Assembly (NCBI GenBank): GCA_049591655.1
Contig: JBAWFG010000042.1
Location: 6,849-70,848, forward strand
Length of the DNA stretch: 64,000 nucleotides
DNA from: Solirubrobacteraceae bacterium
Lineage (GTDB): Bacteria; Actinomycetota; Thermoleophilia; Solirubrobacterales; Solirubrobacteraceae
Direction of reading: 5' to 3'
A model generated the notes under the pieces. The model was given only the letters and a program-made list of their open reading frames with translations. It was not told the DNA's origin and did not search any database. Both the position numbers and the translations under genes were made by a program. Below, piece after piece: positions 16,294-27,666 of the stretch; the stretch's first letter is position 1, and every line of letters begins with the position of its first letter.

Positions 16294-16297
16294 GCGC

Positions 16298-19051
16298 TCA
16301 CGCCGCCGCCGCCGGCGCCACCTGCTGGCGGACTGGACGGTGGCGGACGATCCAGCGACGCAACTCGTCGGCGCCCCACACGATCGGCGGATAGGCGGCG
16401 AGCACCCACAGGCTGTCCAGCGGTGGCGGAGCGGTGCCGAGCACCGCCTGCATCGGCGGCGCCAGCACGAGTACTGCGGCAACCGCGATCTCCGCGGCGA
16501 TCGCCAGCAGCAGGTAGCGGTTGCTGAAGAACCCCACAGACCGCAGAGAGGCGCGCTGGGTGCGCACGGCGAATGCGGTCCCGACCTGGCCGGCGATCAT
16601 CCCGAGAAACGTCATCGTCGTGGCCTGCAGGTAGGCGTGGTGCAACCGGCTGTGGGGGCCGACCGGATCGCCGGGATGCCACCCCGCTCGGTACAGCACG
16701 AGGAAGAAGCCGCCAAGCGACAACGCCGCGACCAGCACTCCGAGGAACAGCCACGCCCGGACGATCATCGGTCCGCGGATGACGTTCTCGCCGCGCCGGC
16801 GCGGGGGCCGCTGCATGATCCCGGGCTCGGCCGGTTCACGCCCGAGGGCCAGCGACGGGAGGGTCTCGGTCCCCACGTCGAACGCGAGCAGTTGGAGCAC
16901 CGTGAGCGGCAGTGGGATCAGCCCGCCGGCCAGTGCGAACACGAGAAACGGCGCCACCTCTGGTGTTGCGTGGGCGAAGATGTAGACGATGAACTTGCGA
17001 ACGTTGTCGTAGACGACGCGTCCCGCCCGTACCGCGGCGACGATCGTCGCGAAGTTGTCGTCGGTGAGCGCCATGGTGGCCGCCTCCCGTGCGACGTCGG
17101 TGCCGGAGCGGCCCATCGCCACACCGATGTCAGCGCGGCGCAGCGCCGGCGCGTCGTTGACTCCATCCCCGGTCATCGCGACGACGTGCCCCTGCTTCTG
17201 CAGCGCCGCTGCGATCTCGAGCTTGGCCTCGGGGGAGGCCCGCGCGAAGATGACCTCCGAGCCTGCGGCGAGCACGCGCTCGATCTCCGGACGGGTGCGG
17301 TGGTCGAGTCGCTCGGCGTTGACGATCACCGGATGGTCGCCACCGATGCCGACGTCCCGTGCGATCGCCGCCGCCGTCAGGGGATGGTCACCGGTGATGA
17401 CGATGATCCTCACGCCGGCGGTGTGGCACTGGGTGATCGCCTCGGTCACGCCCTCGCGCGGTGGATCGAACATCGTGATCAGGCCGAGAAAGCACAGGTC
17501 ACGCTCGGCCGCCGCGCGGTCGGGCACCGGTGGCCCGGCCCCCAGCGGTCGCTGCGCCACCGCCAGGACCCGCAGGCCCTGCTCCGCGTAGGCGCGGACC
17601 TGCGCATCGACGCGGTCACGGTCCGCCGCGGTCAGCGGCTGCTCGGCCCCGTCGTGGGTGAGGGCCTGGGTGCAGGCCGGGAGCACCGCCTCCGGCGCGC
17701 CCTTGGTCGACAGCCACGCCTCGTCGCTGACTGTGTCGAGCGTGCTCATCAGCTTCAGTTGCGGATCGAAGCCGTAGACCGCCCGCCGGTGCGCTTCACG
17801 CCGATCGGCGTCGGTGTCGGCGCCCAGGATCCCCGCCGCCCGGAGCACCGCGATCTCGGTCGGGTCCCCGCTGCCTCCGTCGTCCAACCGGGCGTTGGTG
17901 CACGCCGCGGCGGCCCGGCCCAGTGCCCGCCACGCCGGCTCATCTGAAGTGGGGCCGGTGGCCGTGCCGTCGACGGCGACCGTACCGTCGAGCGTGAACG
18001 CCCGTACCGGCGTCATCCGGTTCTCGGTCAGCGTGCCGGTCTTGTCGGTGCAGATGACGTCGGTGCTCCCGAGCGTCTCGACGGCGCTCAGCCGCTTGAC
18101 GAGCGCGCCCCGCCGGGCGAGCGCACGGACGGCCACCGCCAACGCGAGCGTGATCACCGGGAGCAGGCCCTCGGGCACGTTGCCGGCGAGCAGGCCGACG
18201 GCGAAGACGACGCTGTTGCGCACCGACAGTCCCGCCACGAAGATCGCCAGCGGCACGAACGCAATCGCCAGCCCGACCGCGACCGCCGCGATCAGCCAGG
18301 CAACCCGGCGCACCTGGCGCTCGAGCGGGCTGGGCGCCTCGACGACCCGTTCTGAGAGCGCGGCGATCCGTCCCAGTTCGGTGTGCATCCCGGTGGCGAT
18401 CACAACGCCATGCGCCTCCCCGCCGGTGCACGTCGTACCGCTGAACACCAGGTCGCGTGCGGCCAGCCGCGGAACCGAGACGTCCTCCATGTCGGCGGCG
18501 CGCAGGACCGGCTCTGACTCCCCGGTGAGCGTCGAGAGGTCGATCTGGACCGAGCCGGTCAGCAGTCGCAGGTCGGCGGCGACACGCTGCCCCTCCTGGA
18601 CCACGGTGATGTCGCCGGGAACGAGCGCGACCGCCTCGATTGTCTGCCGGCGTCCGTCGCGCAGCACCTCGACGTGCTGGGGCATGTAGGCGGCGAGCGC
18701 CTCGACGGCCCGCTCGGCCTGGAGTTCCTGAAGGAACGCGAAGGCGGCGTTGAGCACGATCACGAGCACGACTGCCACAGCGATCGTCTGACTGCCCACG
18801 GCCCACGACAACGCCGCCGCGAGCCACAGCAGAAGCGCGAGCGGATGGGTGACCTGGCGCCACAGCTCACCCGGCCAGCGGGCCCCTCCGCGCCGACGCA
18901 GCTCGTTGGGCCCGTGCTGGAGCTGCCGCCGCCCCGCCTCGTCGTTCGTCAGACCATCAGGGGATGTACGCAGGTCACGCAGCAGCCGAGCAGCCGGCTC
19001 CAGGGCGGTCGCCTCGTCCATGTCGAGCCACGTATCGGTCAAGGGCTCCAT
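16298..19051 (-). CDS. cation-transporting P-type ATPase (type II, Ca2+/Mg2+-like)
   Basis: 917 aa with DKTGTLT phosphorylation motif, [16 protein letters not shown] and 10 TM segments. Confidence 0.95.
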   Translation of the reverse strand: MEPLTDTWLDMDEATALEPAARLLRDLRTSPDGLTNDEAGRRQLQHGPNELRRRGGARWPGELWRQVTHPLALLLWLAAALSWAVGSQTIAVAVVLVIVLNAAFAFLQELQAERAVEALAAYMPQHVEVLRDGRRQTIEAVALVPGDITVVQEGQRVAADLRLLTGSVQIDLSTLTGESEPVLRAADMEDVSVPRLAARDLVFSGTTCTGGEAHGVVIATGMHTELGRIAALSERVVEAPSPLERQVRRVAWLIAAVAVGLAIAFVPLAIFVAGLSVRNSVVFAVGLLAGNVPEGLLPVITLALAVAVRALARRGALVKRLSAVETLGSTDVICTDKTGTLTENRMTPVRAFTLDGTVAVDGTATGPTSDEPAWRALGRAAAACTNARLDDGGSGDPTEIAVLRAAGILGADTDADRREAHRRAVYGFDPQLKLMSTLDTVSDEAWLSTKGAPEAVLPACTQALTHDGAEQPLTAADRDRVDAQVRAYAEQGLRVLAVAQRPLGAGPPVPDRAAAERDLCFLGLITMFDPPREGVTEAITQCHTAGVRIIVITGDHPLTAAAIARDVGIGGDHPVIVNAERLDHRTRPEIERVLAAGSEVIFARASPEAKLEIAAALQKQGHVVAMTGDGVNDAPALRRADIGVAMGRSGTDVAREAATMALTDDNFATIVAAVRAGRVVYDNVRKFIVYIFAHATPEVAPFLVFALAGGLIPLPLTVLQLLAFDVGTETLPSLALGREPAEPGIMQRPPRRRGENVIRGPMIVRAWLFLGVLVAALSLGGFFLVLYRAGWHPGDPVGPHSRLHHAYLQATTMTFLGMIAGQVGTAFAVRTQRASLRSVGFFSNRYLLLAIAAEIAVAAVLVLAPPMQAVLGTAPPPLDSLWVLAAYPPIVWGADELRRWIVRHRPVRQQVAPAAAA

Positions 19052-19195
19052 CCACAGGCCACGCTAGGTCCGGACGACCCGCCGGTCATCCCCCGATGCT
19101 GCCGACGTCCGTGCGGCTGACTACCGACCGGCAGCGGCCACGGCGGCAGCGGGCGGCCGGGTCCGATACCTGGCAGGTATAGGGTTGGATGCCGA

Positions 19196-20191
19196 ATGCC
19201 GGCGCCCGACCTCCCGCCACGCCCGGACGGCGCGCCCCGGCGAGTGCTCGTCACCGGCGCGACCGGATTCATCGGCGGGCGTCTGGCCACCGCGCTGGCG
19301 GCGGACGGTCACTCGGTGCGCTGCCTCGTGCGCGATCCCGCCGCTCCGGCCGCCCAGGCGCTGGCTCGCCGGGGATTTGAGATCCACGCCGGCGACGTGA
19401 CCCGACCCCAGACGTTGACCGGGGCGGGCGCGGGGATCGACGTCGCCTACTACCTGATCCACTCGATGGGGCGTGGCGGCCCGAAGGCGTTCGCCGACGT
19501 CGAGGTCGCTGCCGCGACCGCGTTTGGCGCCATGGCCCGCGGCGAGGGGGTGGGCCGGGTGATCTACCTCGGCGGCCTGGGCGACCGGCCTCAGTCCAAG
19601 CACCTGCGCAGCCGGCATGAAACGGCCGTCGCGTTGCGTGAGCACGGACCACCGCTGACCTATTTCCGCGCCGGGATGGTCGTTGGCTCCCAGAGCGAGT
19701 CCTACCGGACCCTGCGTTACCTCGTGCAGCGCCTCCCGGCGATGATCGGACCGGCGTGGCTGCAGAACGAGACCCAGCCGATCGCGATCGACGACACGAT
19801 CGCCTATCTCGCGGCAGCGCTGGCGATCGAGCAGACCGCGGGGCGCGAGATCCAGATCGGCGGCCGGGACGTCCTCAGCTACGCGGAGATGCTCGACCGG
19901 ATGGCGGACGTGCTCGGTGTGCGCCGCCGGGTGCGCATTCCCGTCCCCTTCATAACCCCGTGGCTCTCATCACTGTGGATCGGCCTGGTCACGCCGGTCG
20001 ACGCCGGGGTCGCCCGCCCGCTGGTGGAGGGGCTCGCGGTTCCCACGACGGTCACCGACCCCTCCGGCATGGCCCTGTTTGAGATCGAGCCGATGGGCTT
20101 TGACGCGGCGCTGCGGCGCGCGTTGGCCGATGACGCGTCGCTGGGCGACGCGTTGGCGGTCAGCCGGCCGGCGGATGGGCCGGCCGGCTGA
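19196..20191 (+). CDS. NAD(P)-binding NmrA/atypical-SDR family protein
   Basis: VLVTGATGFIGGRL Rossmann motif. No classical SDR catalytic YxxxK motif noticed. Confidence 0.75.
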   Translation: MPAPDLPPRPDGAPRRVLVTGATGFIGGRLATALAADGHSVRCLVRDPAAPAAQALARRGFEIHAGDVTRPQTLTGAGAGIDVAYYLIHSMGRGGPKAFADVEVAAATAFGAMARGEGVGRVIYLGGLGDRPQSKHLRSRHETAVALREHGPPLTYFRAGMVVGSQSESYRTLRYLVQRLPAMIGPAWLQNETQPIAIDDTIAYLAAALAIEQTAGREIQIGGRDVLSYAEMLDRMADVLGVRRRVRIPVPFITPWLSSLWIGLVTPVDAGVARPLVEGLAVPTTVTDPSGMALFEIEPMGFDAALRRALADDASLGDALAVSRPADGPAG

Positions 20192-20200
20192 CCGCGCAGC

Positions 20201-21571
20201 TCAGCCGCCGACCCGGATCATCTTCTTGTTGACGAACTCGTCGGCGCCGAAGCGGCCGAGCTCCCGGCCGAAGCCGGAACGCTTGACGCCGCCGAAGGGC
20301 AGCTCGGCGCCCTCGAGGCCGACGGCGTTGACGAACACCATCCCGGCCTCGATCTTGTCGGCCACCCGCATCGCCTGGTCGGGGTCGCTGGTCATCACAT
20401 AGGACCCCAGCCCGAACGGGGTGTCGTTGGCCAGCGTGACCGCCTCGTCCTCGGAGCCGACGCGATAGACCGACGCGACCGGGCCGAAGAACTCCTCGCG
20501 GTAAGCGTCCATGCCGGGCTTGATGTCGGTCAGCACGGTCGTCTGGAAGAAGTTGCCCTCGTGGCTGCCACCGGCGACGAGCGTCGCGCCCTGATCGACC
20601 GCGCGCTTGACCTGGTCGGCGAGCCGTTCAGTCGCCGTGGTCGAGGACAGCGGCCCGATCGTCGTCTCCGACGAACTGGGGTCGCCCGGCGTGACCGCGG
20701 TGAGCGCCGCGGTGAACTTCTCCAGGAACGGCTCGTAGAGCTCATCGACGACGATGAAGCGCTTGGCGGCGTTGCAGGCCTGGCCGGTGTTCTCCAGTCG
20801 CGCCCCCACCGCCGACTCGACGGCGCTGTCGAGGTCGTTGGTGCTGAGCAGGATGAACGGGTCCGAGCCGCCGAGTTCCAGGACGACCTTCTTGAGGTTG
20901 CGCCCGGCGATCTCGGCCACGGCGGCACCGGCTCGCTCCGATCCGGTCAGCGACACCCCGCGGATCCGCGGATCGGCGATCACGGTCTCGATCTGCTCGT
21001 TGGTGGCGTAGATGTTGATGTAGACGTCCTCGGGGACGCCAGCCTCGTGATACAGACGCTCGATCGCCTCCGCCGACTCGGGGCACTGAGGCGCGTGCTT
21101 GAGCAGGATCGGGTTGCCGATCACCAGGTTGGGGCCGGCGAACCGGGCCACCTGGTAGTAGGGATAGTTCCACGGCATGATCCCCAGCAGCGGGCCAAAC
21201 GAGCTGCGGCGGATCAGCGCTGAGCCGTCGCCCTCCAGCAGCGTGATCGGCTCATCGGCCATCAGCGACTCGGCGTTATCGGCGTAGTACTCGTAGATCG
21301 CCACACAGAAGTCGACCTCGCCGAGCGCCTGCTCGATCGGCTTGCCCATCTCACGCACGATGATCTCGGCCAACTGCTGGCGCTGCTCGCCGTGCAGCTC
21401 GCCGATCCGGCGCACGAGCGCCGCCCGTTGCGCCACGGTGGTGGTGGCGCTCCATTCCCGGTGGGCCTTGTCGACCCGCGCGATCGCGTCCTGGAGATCC
21501 TGGTCGCTGATCGTCGGATAGCTCTTGACCGTCTCACCCGTCGCCGGGTTGATGACTGCGTAATCGCTCAT
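20201..21571 (-). CDS. gabD: succinate-semialdehyde dehydrogenase-like NAD(P)+ aldehyde dehydrogenase
   Basis: 456 aa ALDH (LELGGSDP, catalytic QACNAAKR). Overall resemblance to GabD/Sad-type SSADH. RBS GAGGGAGG. Confidence 0.8.
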   Translation of the reverse strand: MSDYAVINPATGETVKSYPTISDQDLQDAIARVDKAHREWSATTTVAQRAALVRRIGELHGEQRQQLAEIIVREMGKPIEQALGEVDFCVAIYEYYADNAESLMADEPITLLEGDGSALIRRSSFGPLLGIMPWNYPYYQVARFAGPNLVIGNPILLKHAPQCPESAEAIERLYHEAGVPEDVYINIYATNEQIETVIADPRIRGVSLTGSERAGAAVAEIAGRNLKKVVLELGGSDPFILLSTNDLDSAVESAVGARLENTGQACNAAKRFIVVDELYEPFLEKFTAALTAVTPGDPSSSETTIGPLSSTTATERLADQVKRAVDQGATLVAGGSHEGNFFQTTVLTDIKPGMDAYREEFFGPVASVYRVGSEDEAVTLANDTPFGLGSYVMTSDPDQAMRVADKIEAGMVFVNAVGLEGAELPFGGVKRSGFGRELGRFGADEFVNKKMIRVGG

Positions 21572-21800
21572 ATGAGCCTCCCTCGTTCTCTACGTTCCAA
21601 AGTCGCTTCCTCAGACACGCTACGCAAGCGCCTCGGTCCCGGCAATGAGCCATCCATAGCACGTTGCGCCCCGCCTATGCCGGAATGTCCAATCAGGCGG
21701 CTCTCCCGCCTCCGAGACGGCCTCCCACCGGCGCCTTCCTATCCTGCACCATCGTGCTGTCACCTCTGCGCATGCTGATGAACGACCGACCCGGGATCGG

Positions 21801-22580
21801 ATGACCGGGTCGACGCCGCCGGCGCTGCAGATCGACAGCCTCACGAAGCGCTACCCGACCGGGACCGAGGCGCTCAAGCAGGTCTCACTGCAGATTCAAC
21901 CGGGCGAGTTCTTCGGGCTGCTCGGCCCCAACGGGGCCGGGAAGTCCACGCTCATCCACTGCTGCACCGGTCTGGCTCGCCCGAGCTCGGGATCGATCCA
22001 GATCTTCGGCCACGACGCGGTCAACCACTATCGCGACGCACGGCAGGCGGTCGGGCTGGCCTCCCAGGAGCTCAATCTCGACTTCTTCCTCACCGTCGAG
22101 GAGACGCTCGACTACCACGGCGGCTACTTCGGGATGTCGCGGCGTGACCGGCGCGCGCGGGCCGCGGAGCTGCTGGAGGCGTTCGCGCTCACCGACAAGC
22201 GCCACGAGCGCACGCGGTTTCTCTCCGGCGGCATGAAGCGGCGGATCACCCTGGCCCGAGCGCTCATGCACCGTCCGCGCCTGGTCATCCTCGACGAGCC
22301 GACCGCCGGGGTCGACATCGAGCTGCGCCTCGAGCTGTGGCGCTACATCGAGCGCGTCAACCTCGAGGGCACGACGATCCTGCTGACGACGCACTATCTC
22401 GAGGAGGCCGAGCGGATGTGCAACCGCATCGCCTTCATCAACGACGGCCAGATCGCCGCAGTCGGCACGACCGACACGCTCGCGGAGCGCTACGGGGTCA
22501 ACAACCTGGAGGACGCCTACCTGGAGCTCGTCGGCCGCCAGGAGCTGTCCCGTGGCTACCAGGGGGCCGACGCCCTGTGA
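21801..22580 (+). CDS. ABC transporter ATP-binding protein (ABC-2/DrrA-like)
   Basis: Walker A GPNGAGKST, signature LSGGMKRR, Walker B LVILDEPT. Confidence 0.9.
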   Translation: MTGSTPPALQIDSLTKRYPTGTEALKQVSLQIQPGEFFGLLGPNGAGKSTLIHCCTGLARPSSGSIQIFGHDAVNHYRDARQAVGLASQELNLDFFLTVEETLDYHGGYFGMSRRDRRARAAELLEAFALTDKRHERTRFLSGGMKRRITLARALMHRPRLVILDEPTAGVDIELRLELWRYIERVNLEGTTILLTTHYLEEAERMCNRIAFINDGQIAAVGTTDTLAERYGVNNLEDAYLELVGRQELSRGYQGADAL

Positions 22581-23344
22581 CCGCCACCCAGATCCGCGTC
22601 CTGGCGCTCATCCGGCGTGAGGTCAACCGCTTCATGAAGATCAAGCGCCAGACGATCGGGGCGCCGCTGCTGGAGACGTTCCTGTACGTGTCGGTGTTCG
22701 GCGCCGCGCTCGGCGCCCGGATCCACACGCTGCACGGCTTTCGCTACATCGTCTTCGTGCTGCCCGGGCTGATCATGATGGCCTGGGCGATCAACGCGTT
22801 CTCCAACAACGCCTCCTCGATCCTGCAGCAGAAGTTCCAGCGGGCGATCGAGGATCAGCTCTCCTCACCGGCCTCTCCCGGCGAGCTCCTGCTCGGTTTC
22901 TCGCTGGGCGGGTTTCTGCGCGGCCTGCTCGTCTCGACGATCACCTGCGTGGTCGCCGCCATCCTGGTGGACCTTCCGGTGGCTGAGCCGTTGGTGCTCA
23001 TCCCCTCGCTGGCGCTCGTCGGCATGTTCTTCGCCCAGGCCGGGGTGTTCGTCGGCACCCGCGCCGAGCAGTTCGACGACGTCGCCCTCTACCAGCAGTT
23101 CGTGCTGCAGCCGCTCATCTTCCTCGGCGGGGTCTTCTACTCGGCCTCGCTGCTGCCCGAGCCGTTCGCCACCCTGACCCACCTGGACCCCGTCTACTAC
23201 ATGATCGCGCTCGTCCGCTACGGCTTCCTCGGCTACCAGGAGACGAGCATCGCGATCTCATTCATCGCGCTGGCGGCGATCACCGCGGTGCTGACCGCGG
23301 CCAACTTCTGGATGTTCGACCGCGGGACCCGGCTGCGCGCGTAG
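22577..23344 (+). CDS. ABC-2 type transporter permease
   Basis: GTG at 22577 overlaps the ATPase stop (GTGA). Six TM segments. N-terminal LIRREVNRFMKIKRQT is typical of ABC-2 permeases. Confidence 0.85.
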   Translation: MTATQIRVLALIRREVNRFMKIKRQTIGAPLLETFLYVSVFGAALGARIHTLHGFRYIVFVLPGLIMMAWAINAFSNNASSILQQKFQRAIEDQLSSPASPGELLLGFSLGGFLRGLLVSTITCVVAAILVDLPVAEPLVLIPSLALVGMFFAQAGVFVGTRAEQFDDVALYQQFVLQPLIFLGGVFYSASLLPEPFATLTHLDPVYYMIALVRYGFLGYQETSIAISFIALAAITAVLTAANFWMFDRGTRLRA

Positions 23345-23377
23345 ACCATCTAGCCGCCGGGCCCCACGCTACCTCGA

Positions 23378-24211
23378 TCAACCCCCGGGCTCGGAGACGA
23401 ACCGGTTCTCGATCCGCCCGACGCCGTCGATCTCGACGGCCACCACATCGCCGGGCCCGAGCAGCAGCGGCGGCTCACGGCGAAAGCCGACGCCGCTGGG
23501 GGTTCCGGTCAGGATCAGGTCGCCGGGCTCAAGCGTCGTGAACTGGGAGATGACGCTGACCAGGGTCGGGACGTCGAACAGCATCAGCTCGGTGCCGGCG
23601 TCCTGCACGGTCTCCCCGTTGACGGTGGTGCGCAGCCGCAGCGCACCCAGGTCGCCGACCTCGTCGAGGGTCACGAGCTCCGGCCCCACCGGGGTGGAGT
23701 CGTCCCACGCCTTGCCCTGCAGCCACTGATGCGTGCGGTTCTGGAAGTCACGCATCGTGACGTCGTTGGCGACCGTGGCGCCGGCCACGTAGCCCAGCGC
23801 GTGCTGTGGTGACACGCGCCGGGCGGACTCGCCGATCACGACGGTCAGCTCGCCCTCGTAGTCGATCGCCGTTGACTCGGCGGGGCAGGCAACCTCGGCA
23901 AACGGTCCGAGCAGCGACCGCGCGAACTTGGTGAACAGGACGGGATAGTCGGGCACGTCACGCTGCGCCTCCGCCGCGTGCGCCGCGTAGTTGAGGCCGA
24001 CGCAGATGACCTTCCCGGGCGCGGGCACCACCGGCCGGTAGCTGATCTCCGACAGCGCCACCGCTGCGGCTCGGTCCAGCGGCGGCTCGCGCAGCAGCGA
24101 CGCCGGAGTCTCCGTGCCGAGCTCGGCGATCCCGCTCAGGGGGATGGCCTGCTCGCCGTCGATCGCCACTGCCATGGGCGTCCCGTCGTGGAGCACTGAT
24201 GCGAAATGCAC
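23378..24211 (-). CDS. fumarylacetoacetate hydrolase (FAH) family protein
   Basis: VICVGLNY, DYEGELTVVIG, LEPGDLILTGTPSGVG. GTG at 24211 follows AAAGGA plus 7 nt. Confidence 0.85.
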   Translation of the reverse strand: MHFASVLHDGTPMAVAIDGEQAIPLSGIAELGTETPASLLREPPLDRAAAVALSEISYRPVVPAPGKVICVGLNYAAHAAEAQRDVPDYPVLFTKFARSLLGPFAEVACPAESTAIDYEGELTVVIGESARRVSPQHALGYVAGATVANDVTMRDFQNRTHQWLQGKAWDDSTPVGPELVTLDEVGDLGALRLRTTVNGETVQDAGTELMLFDVPTLVSVISQFTTLEPGDLILTGTPSGVGFRREPPLLLGPGDVVAVEIDGVGRIENRFVSEPGG

Positions 24212-24242
24212 GCTCGAGTCCTTTAGTAGCCAAATCAATAAG

Positions 24243-24254
24243 TTGCATACAGTT
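24243..24254 (-). promoter_or_regulatory. operator-like box, copy a (AACTGTATGCAA on minus strand)
   Basis: Lies in the AT-rich divergent intergenic region between the two FAH genes, 32 nt from GTG 24211 and 78 nt from ATG 24332. Confidence 0.55.
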
Positions 24255-24331
24255 TATCTATCTGTCTATACTTCTTGCCGAGGGAGCCGTTGCGCGGACA
24301 GCGGCCTGACGAGAACGCAAGGGAGTTGGAT

Positions 24332-25210
24332 ATGAAGCTGGTGACGTATGACGACGGGCGGGTCGGCAAGGTCGTCGATGACATCGTCATCGAGCTCAAC
24401 GTGCCCGACATGCGGCGGTACTTCGAGCTGAAGGGGCGGGTGGAGCCGACCGGCCGCCAGACCCCGCTCGCCGAGGTCACGCTGCGGGCGCCGATCATTC
24501 CCAAGAAGTTCTTCCACACCGCGGGCAACTTCCGTGAGCACCACGAGGAGTCAACGCGCGTCAACTGGTCACATCCGGTGCTGCCGTGGATCGTGTTCTT
24601 TCAGAACATCGACGCGATCATCGGACCCGACGAGCCGATCGTCTATCCGGAGGGAATGACCAACGAGCTTGACTACGAGCTCGAACTGGCGGTGATCATC
24701 GGCAAGGCAGGCAAGTTCTTCTCTCCCGAGCAGGCCGAGGAGTACATCGCCGGCTACATCGTCTTCAACGACATCACCGCACGGGACATCCAGCGTGAGG
24801 AGATGAAGTCAGGCGTCTTCTGCCTGTCCAAGGGCATCGACACCTTCTGCCCGATCGGCCCGTGGATCGTCACGCCCGACGAGATCCCCGATCCCCAGGA
24901 CCTGGCGATGGAACTGCGCGTCAACGGCGAGGTCCGCCAGACCTCCCACACCAGCCGCATGTCGGTGACGGTGGCGGAGATCATCAGTCACTACTCGGCG
25001 ATGGGCTACAGCCCCGGGGACATCGTCTCCACCGGCACCGTCGCCGGAGTTGCCGGCTTCAGCGAGGATCCCGCCTCGCTGTATCTCAAACCCGGCGACG
25101 TCGTCGAGGCCGAGGTCAAGGGCGTCGGGGTGCTGCGCAACCCGGTGATCGGCTGGAGCGAGCGCCACCCTGACATCCCGTCGGCCGACACCCAGGCGTC
25201 CCCCGTCTGA
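24332..25210 (+). CDS. fumarylacetoacetate hydrolase (FAH) family protein
   Basis: RBS GGGAG, then MKLVTYDDGRVG. DYELELAVIIG and SPGDIVSTGTVAGVA motifs. Confidence 0.9.
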   Translation: MKLVTYDDGRVGKVVDDIVIELNVPDMRRYFELKGRVEPTGRQTPLAEVTLRAPIIPKKFFHTAGNFREHHEESTRVNWSHPVLPWIVFFQNIDAIIGPDEPIVYPEGMTNELDYELELAVIIGKAGKFFSPEQAEEYIAGYIVFNDITARDIQREEMKSGVFCLSKGIDTFCPIGPWIVTPDEIPDPQDLAMELRVNGEVRQTSHTSRMSVTVAEIISHYSAMGYSPGDIVSTGTVAGVAGFSEDPASLYLKPGDVVEAEVKGVGVLRNPVIGWSERHPDIPSADTQASPV

Positions 25211-25228
25211 CCCGTCGTCTGCACTGAC

Positions 25229-26722
25229 GTGTCAGAGCGGGTCACCGTCCAGACTCCCTCCGGGGGGGTCCGCGGGGTCCGGGAGCGCGAGACCATCGCC
25301 TTCCGCGGAATCCCGTATGCCGTCGCGGACCGGTTTTCGCCGCCGCGCCCCGCGGGGCCGTGGTCCGGTGACCGCGACGCGCTGAGCAGCGGACCGGCCG
25401 CGCCGCAGCCCGACCGGGAGGTGGCGCGGTTCACCCACGGCCCTGCGCCGGATGCCGACGAGTGGGGGTGCCTGAACCTCAACGTGTTCACGCCCCGCCT
25501 CGACGGCCGCCGGCCGGTGATGGTGTGGCTGCACGGCGGCGGGTTCACCGTCGGCTCTCCCGGCGCGACCCTGTATGACGCCACTCGGCTGGCGGCCGCC
25601 GCCGACGCGGTGATCGTCTGCGTCGGCTACCGGCTCGGCAGCCTCGGCTGGCTGTGCCACCCGCGGATGGCCGGCGCCGAGGGCCAGCCGGCCGGCAACT
25701 GGGGGCTCCTTGATCAGATCGAGGCGCTGCGGTGGGTGGGTCGGAGCATCGCCGCGTTCGGCGGCGACCCCGGCAACGTGACCGTCGCCGGTCAATCGGC
25801 GGGCGCGCTGGCCGCGCTTGACATGCTGGCCGCTCCGCAGTCGGCAGGGCTCTTTCACCAGCTGATCGCCCAATCGCCGCCGCTGACCGACGTCGGGGGA
25901 CCCCCGGAGGCCGGCGTGCGTTGGGCCGAGTCGCTGCACCGCGCGCTGTTCGGTGACGCCGGCTTTGACCCGCAGGCACTGCGGGCGGCGCCCGTCGGCG
26001 ACGTGCTGCGCGCCCACGAGGAGTTGCTGACGCTCCCTGAGTACCGGGGTAGCCGCGGCGCGGTCCCGACGATCGACCCGGGCAGCCTGCCCGTCTCGCC
26101 GGGCGCCGACCCACGGCTGCGGCCTGAGATCCCGGTGCTGATCGGGACCGCCGCCCAGGAGGGCACGTTCTTCTTCGGATCCCCATGGCGCCCGGCGCCT
26201 CCGCCACAGCGGATCGGTGATGTCGTCGCCCACCTCGTTCCGGACTCCGATCCCGGCGAGGTCCTCGCCGCCTACGCGCACGGCGCCGCCCAGCGGGGAC
26301 GCTCCACCGACCCCGCCGCGCTGCTCGCCGAGATCGCCACCGACGCGATGTTCGCCAACCCGGTCGCGGACTGGGTGCGTGAGCGCTCTGCGGGGCAGCC
26401 CGGCGCCGGTGCCGGCGACCGTACAGGGTCCGCGGGCGTCTACCACTACCGGGTCGATCACCCGGGTGCCGGTCCCGCGCTCGGCGCCACGCACACCGTC
26501 GAGGTCCCGCTCCTGTTCGGCACCTGGGCCGACGGGGGCGCGGGCGAGCGGCTGGCCGGTCAGGCCGACGGGGCCGAGGCGGTCGCCGCCCAGCTGGTCG
26601 CCGCCTGGGGGGCCTTCCTGCACGCCGGCGACCCCGGCTGGGCGCCAGCTGACCAGCGCGCGGAGCAGGGGCCGGTCGTGTTCGGCGCTGGGACCGCCTC
26701 ACTGGTGACCCCTTCGCGCTGA
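25229..26722 (+). CDS. type-B carboxylesterase/lipase family enzyme
   Basis: GVRGV..FRGIPYA, WLHGGGF, nucleophile GQSAGA. GTG start. Confidence 0.9.
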   Translation: MSERVTVQTPSGGVRGVRERETIAFRGIPYAVADRFSPPRPAGPWSGDRDALSSGPAAPQPDREVARFTHGPAPDADEWGCLNLNVFTPRLDGRRPVMVWLHGGGFTVGSPGATLYDATRLAAAADAVIVCVGYRLGSLGWLCHPRMAGAEGQPAGNWGLLDQIEALRWVGRSIAAFGGDPGNVTVAGQSAGALAALDMLAAPQSAGLFHQLIAQSPPLTDVGGPPEAGVRWAESLHRALFGDAGFDPQALRAAPVGDVLRAHEELLTLPEYRGSRGAVPTIDPGSLPVSPGADPRLRPEIPVLIGTAAQEGTFFFGSPWRPAPPPQRIGDVVAHLVPDSDPGEVLAAYAHGAAQRGRSTDPAALLAEIATDAMFANPVADWVRERSAGQPGAGAGDRTGSAGVYHYRVDHPGAGPALGATHTVEVPLLFGTWADGGAGERLAGQADGAEAVAAQLVAAWGAFLHAGDPGWAPADQRAEQGPVVFGAGTASLVTPSR

Positions 26723-26811
26723 CGACCTGACGCGCAGCCGTAGCGTCTGACCGGTCAGGCTAACTTCACGCCAACATGCGTCCCATAACTCTTACTGGAC
26801 ACACGGATAGG

Positions 26812-26825
26812 AACTGTGTACAGTT
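26812..26825 (+). promoter_or_regulatory. operator-like box, copy b (AACTGTGTACAGTT)
   Basis: Near-perfect palindrome in an AT-rich patch, 38 nt upstream of the livG-like start. Confidence 0.5.
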
Positions 26826-26862
26826 TCGCCACGGCAGTCAGAGAGGGCGCCGCCGAGGAGAG

Positions 26863-27666
26863 ATGAGGACCGTGCCGACCACCCAGACCTTGCTCGATGT
26901 CCGCGCACTGCGCGTCGCCTATGGCGGCGTCGTCGCGGTCTCAGACGTCGACCTGAACGTGCGTGAAGGCGAGGTCTTCGGACTGATCGGCCCCAACGGC
27001 GCCGGAAAGACCTCGATGATCGACGCTCTGACCGGCTACCAGCGCCCCGCCGGTGGAACCGTCGTGTTCGATGGCGTCGACATCACCCGAATGCGGGCTC
27101 ACCGCCGGGCCCGGATGGGGTTGGCGCGCACATTTCAATCCGTGGAGCTGTTCGACGATCTGACCGTCGATGAAAATCTCCTGGTCGCGAGCGAGCGCGC
27201 TGGAGTCGGTCAGACGTTGCGTGACCTCTTCCTCCCTGCCCGTGCGCCTGACCGGACCGTGGTGGACTGGGCAATCGATGTGTGTGACCTCGGTGCGGTC
27301 GTCGACCGGTTGCCGAGCGAGATCTCTCATGGCCAGCGCAAGCTTGTCGGAGTGGGCCGCGCCCTCGCCCAACAGCCTCGGCTCGTCCTGCTCGATGAGC
27401 CGGCGGCGGGACTCGACACCGAGGAGAGCCTTGAGCTGGGTCACCGGTTGCGCGCGCTGCCGGACGAGCACGGCGTCAGCGTGCTCCTCGTCGACCATGA
27501 CATGGGCCTTGTCCTCACGGTGTGTGACCGCGTCATGGTGGTCGACTTCGGAATGACGATCGCCGAGGGTGCACCGTCCGATATCCGGGAGGACCCGCGC
27601 GTCCTGGAGGCCTATCTGGGTAGCCACGGCCGGACACAGGCCAATCCGGTCGGGGGCACGGCATGA
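26863..27666 (+). CDS. branched-chain-amino-acid-type (HAAT family) ABC transporter ATP-binding protein, LivG-like
   Basis: Walker A GPNGAGKTS, signature ISHGQRKL, Walker B LVLLDEPAAG. The start could be GTG 26872 (better RBS spacing). Confidence 0.9.
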   Translation: MRTVPTTQTLLDVRALRVAYGGVVAVSDVDLNVREGEVFGLIGPNGAGKTSMIDALTGYQRPAGGTVVFDGVDITRMRAHRRARMGLARTFQSVELFDDLTVDENLLVASERAGVGQTLRDLFLPARAPDRTVVDWAIDVCDLGAVVDRLPSEISHGQRKLVGVGRALAQQPRLVLLDEPAAGLDTEESLELGHRLRALPDEHGVSVLLVDHDMGLVLTVCDRVMVVDFGMTIAEGAPSDIREDPRVLEAYLGSHGRTQANPVGGTA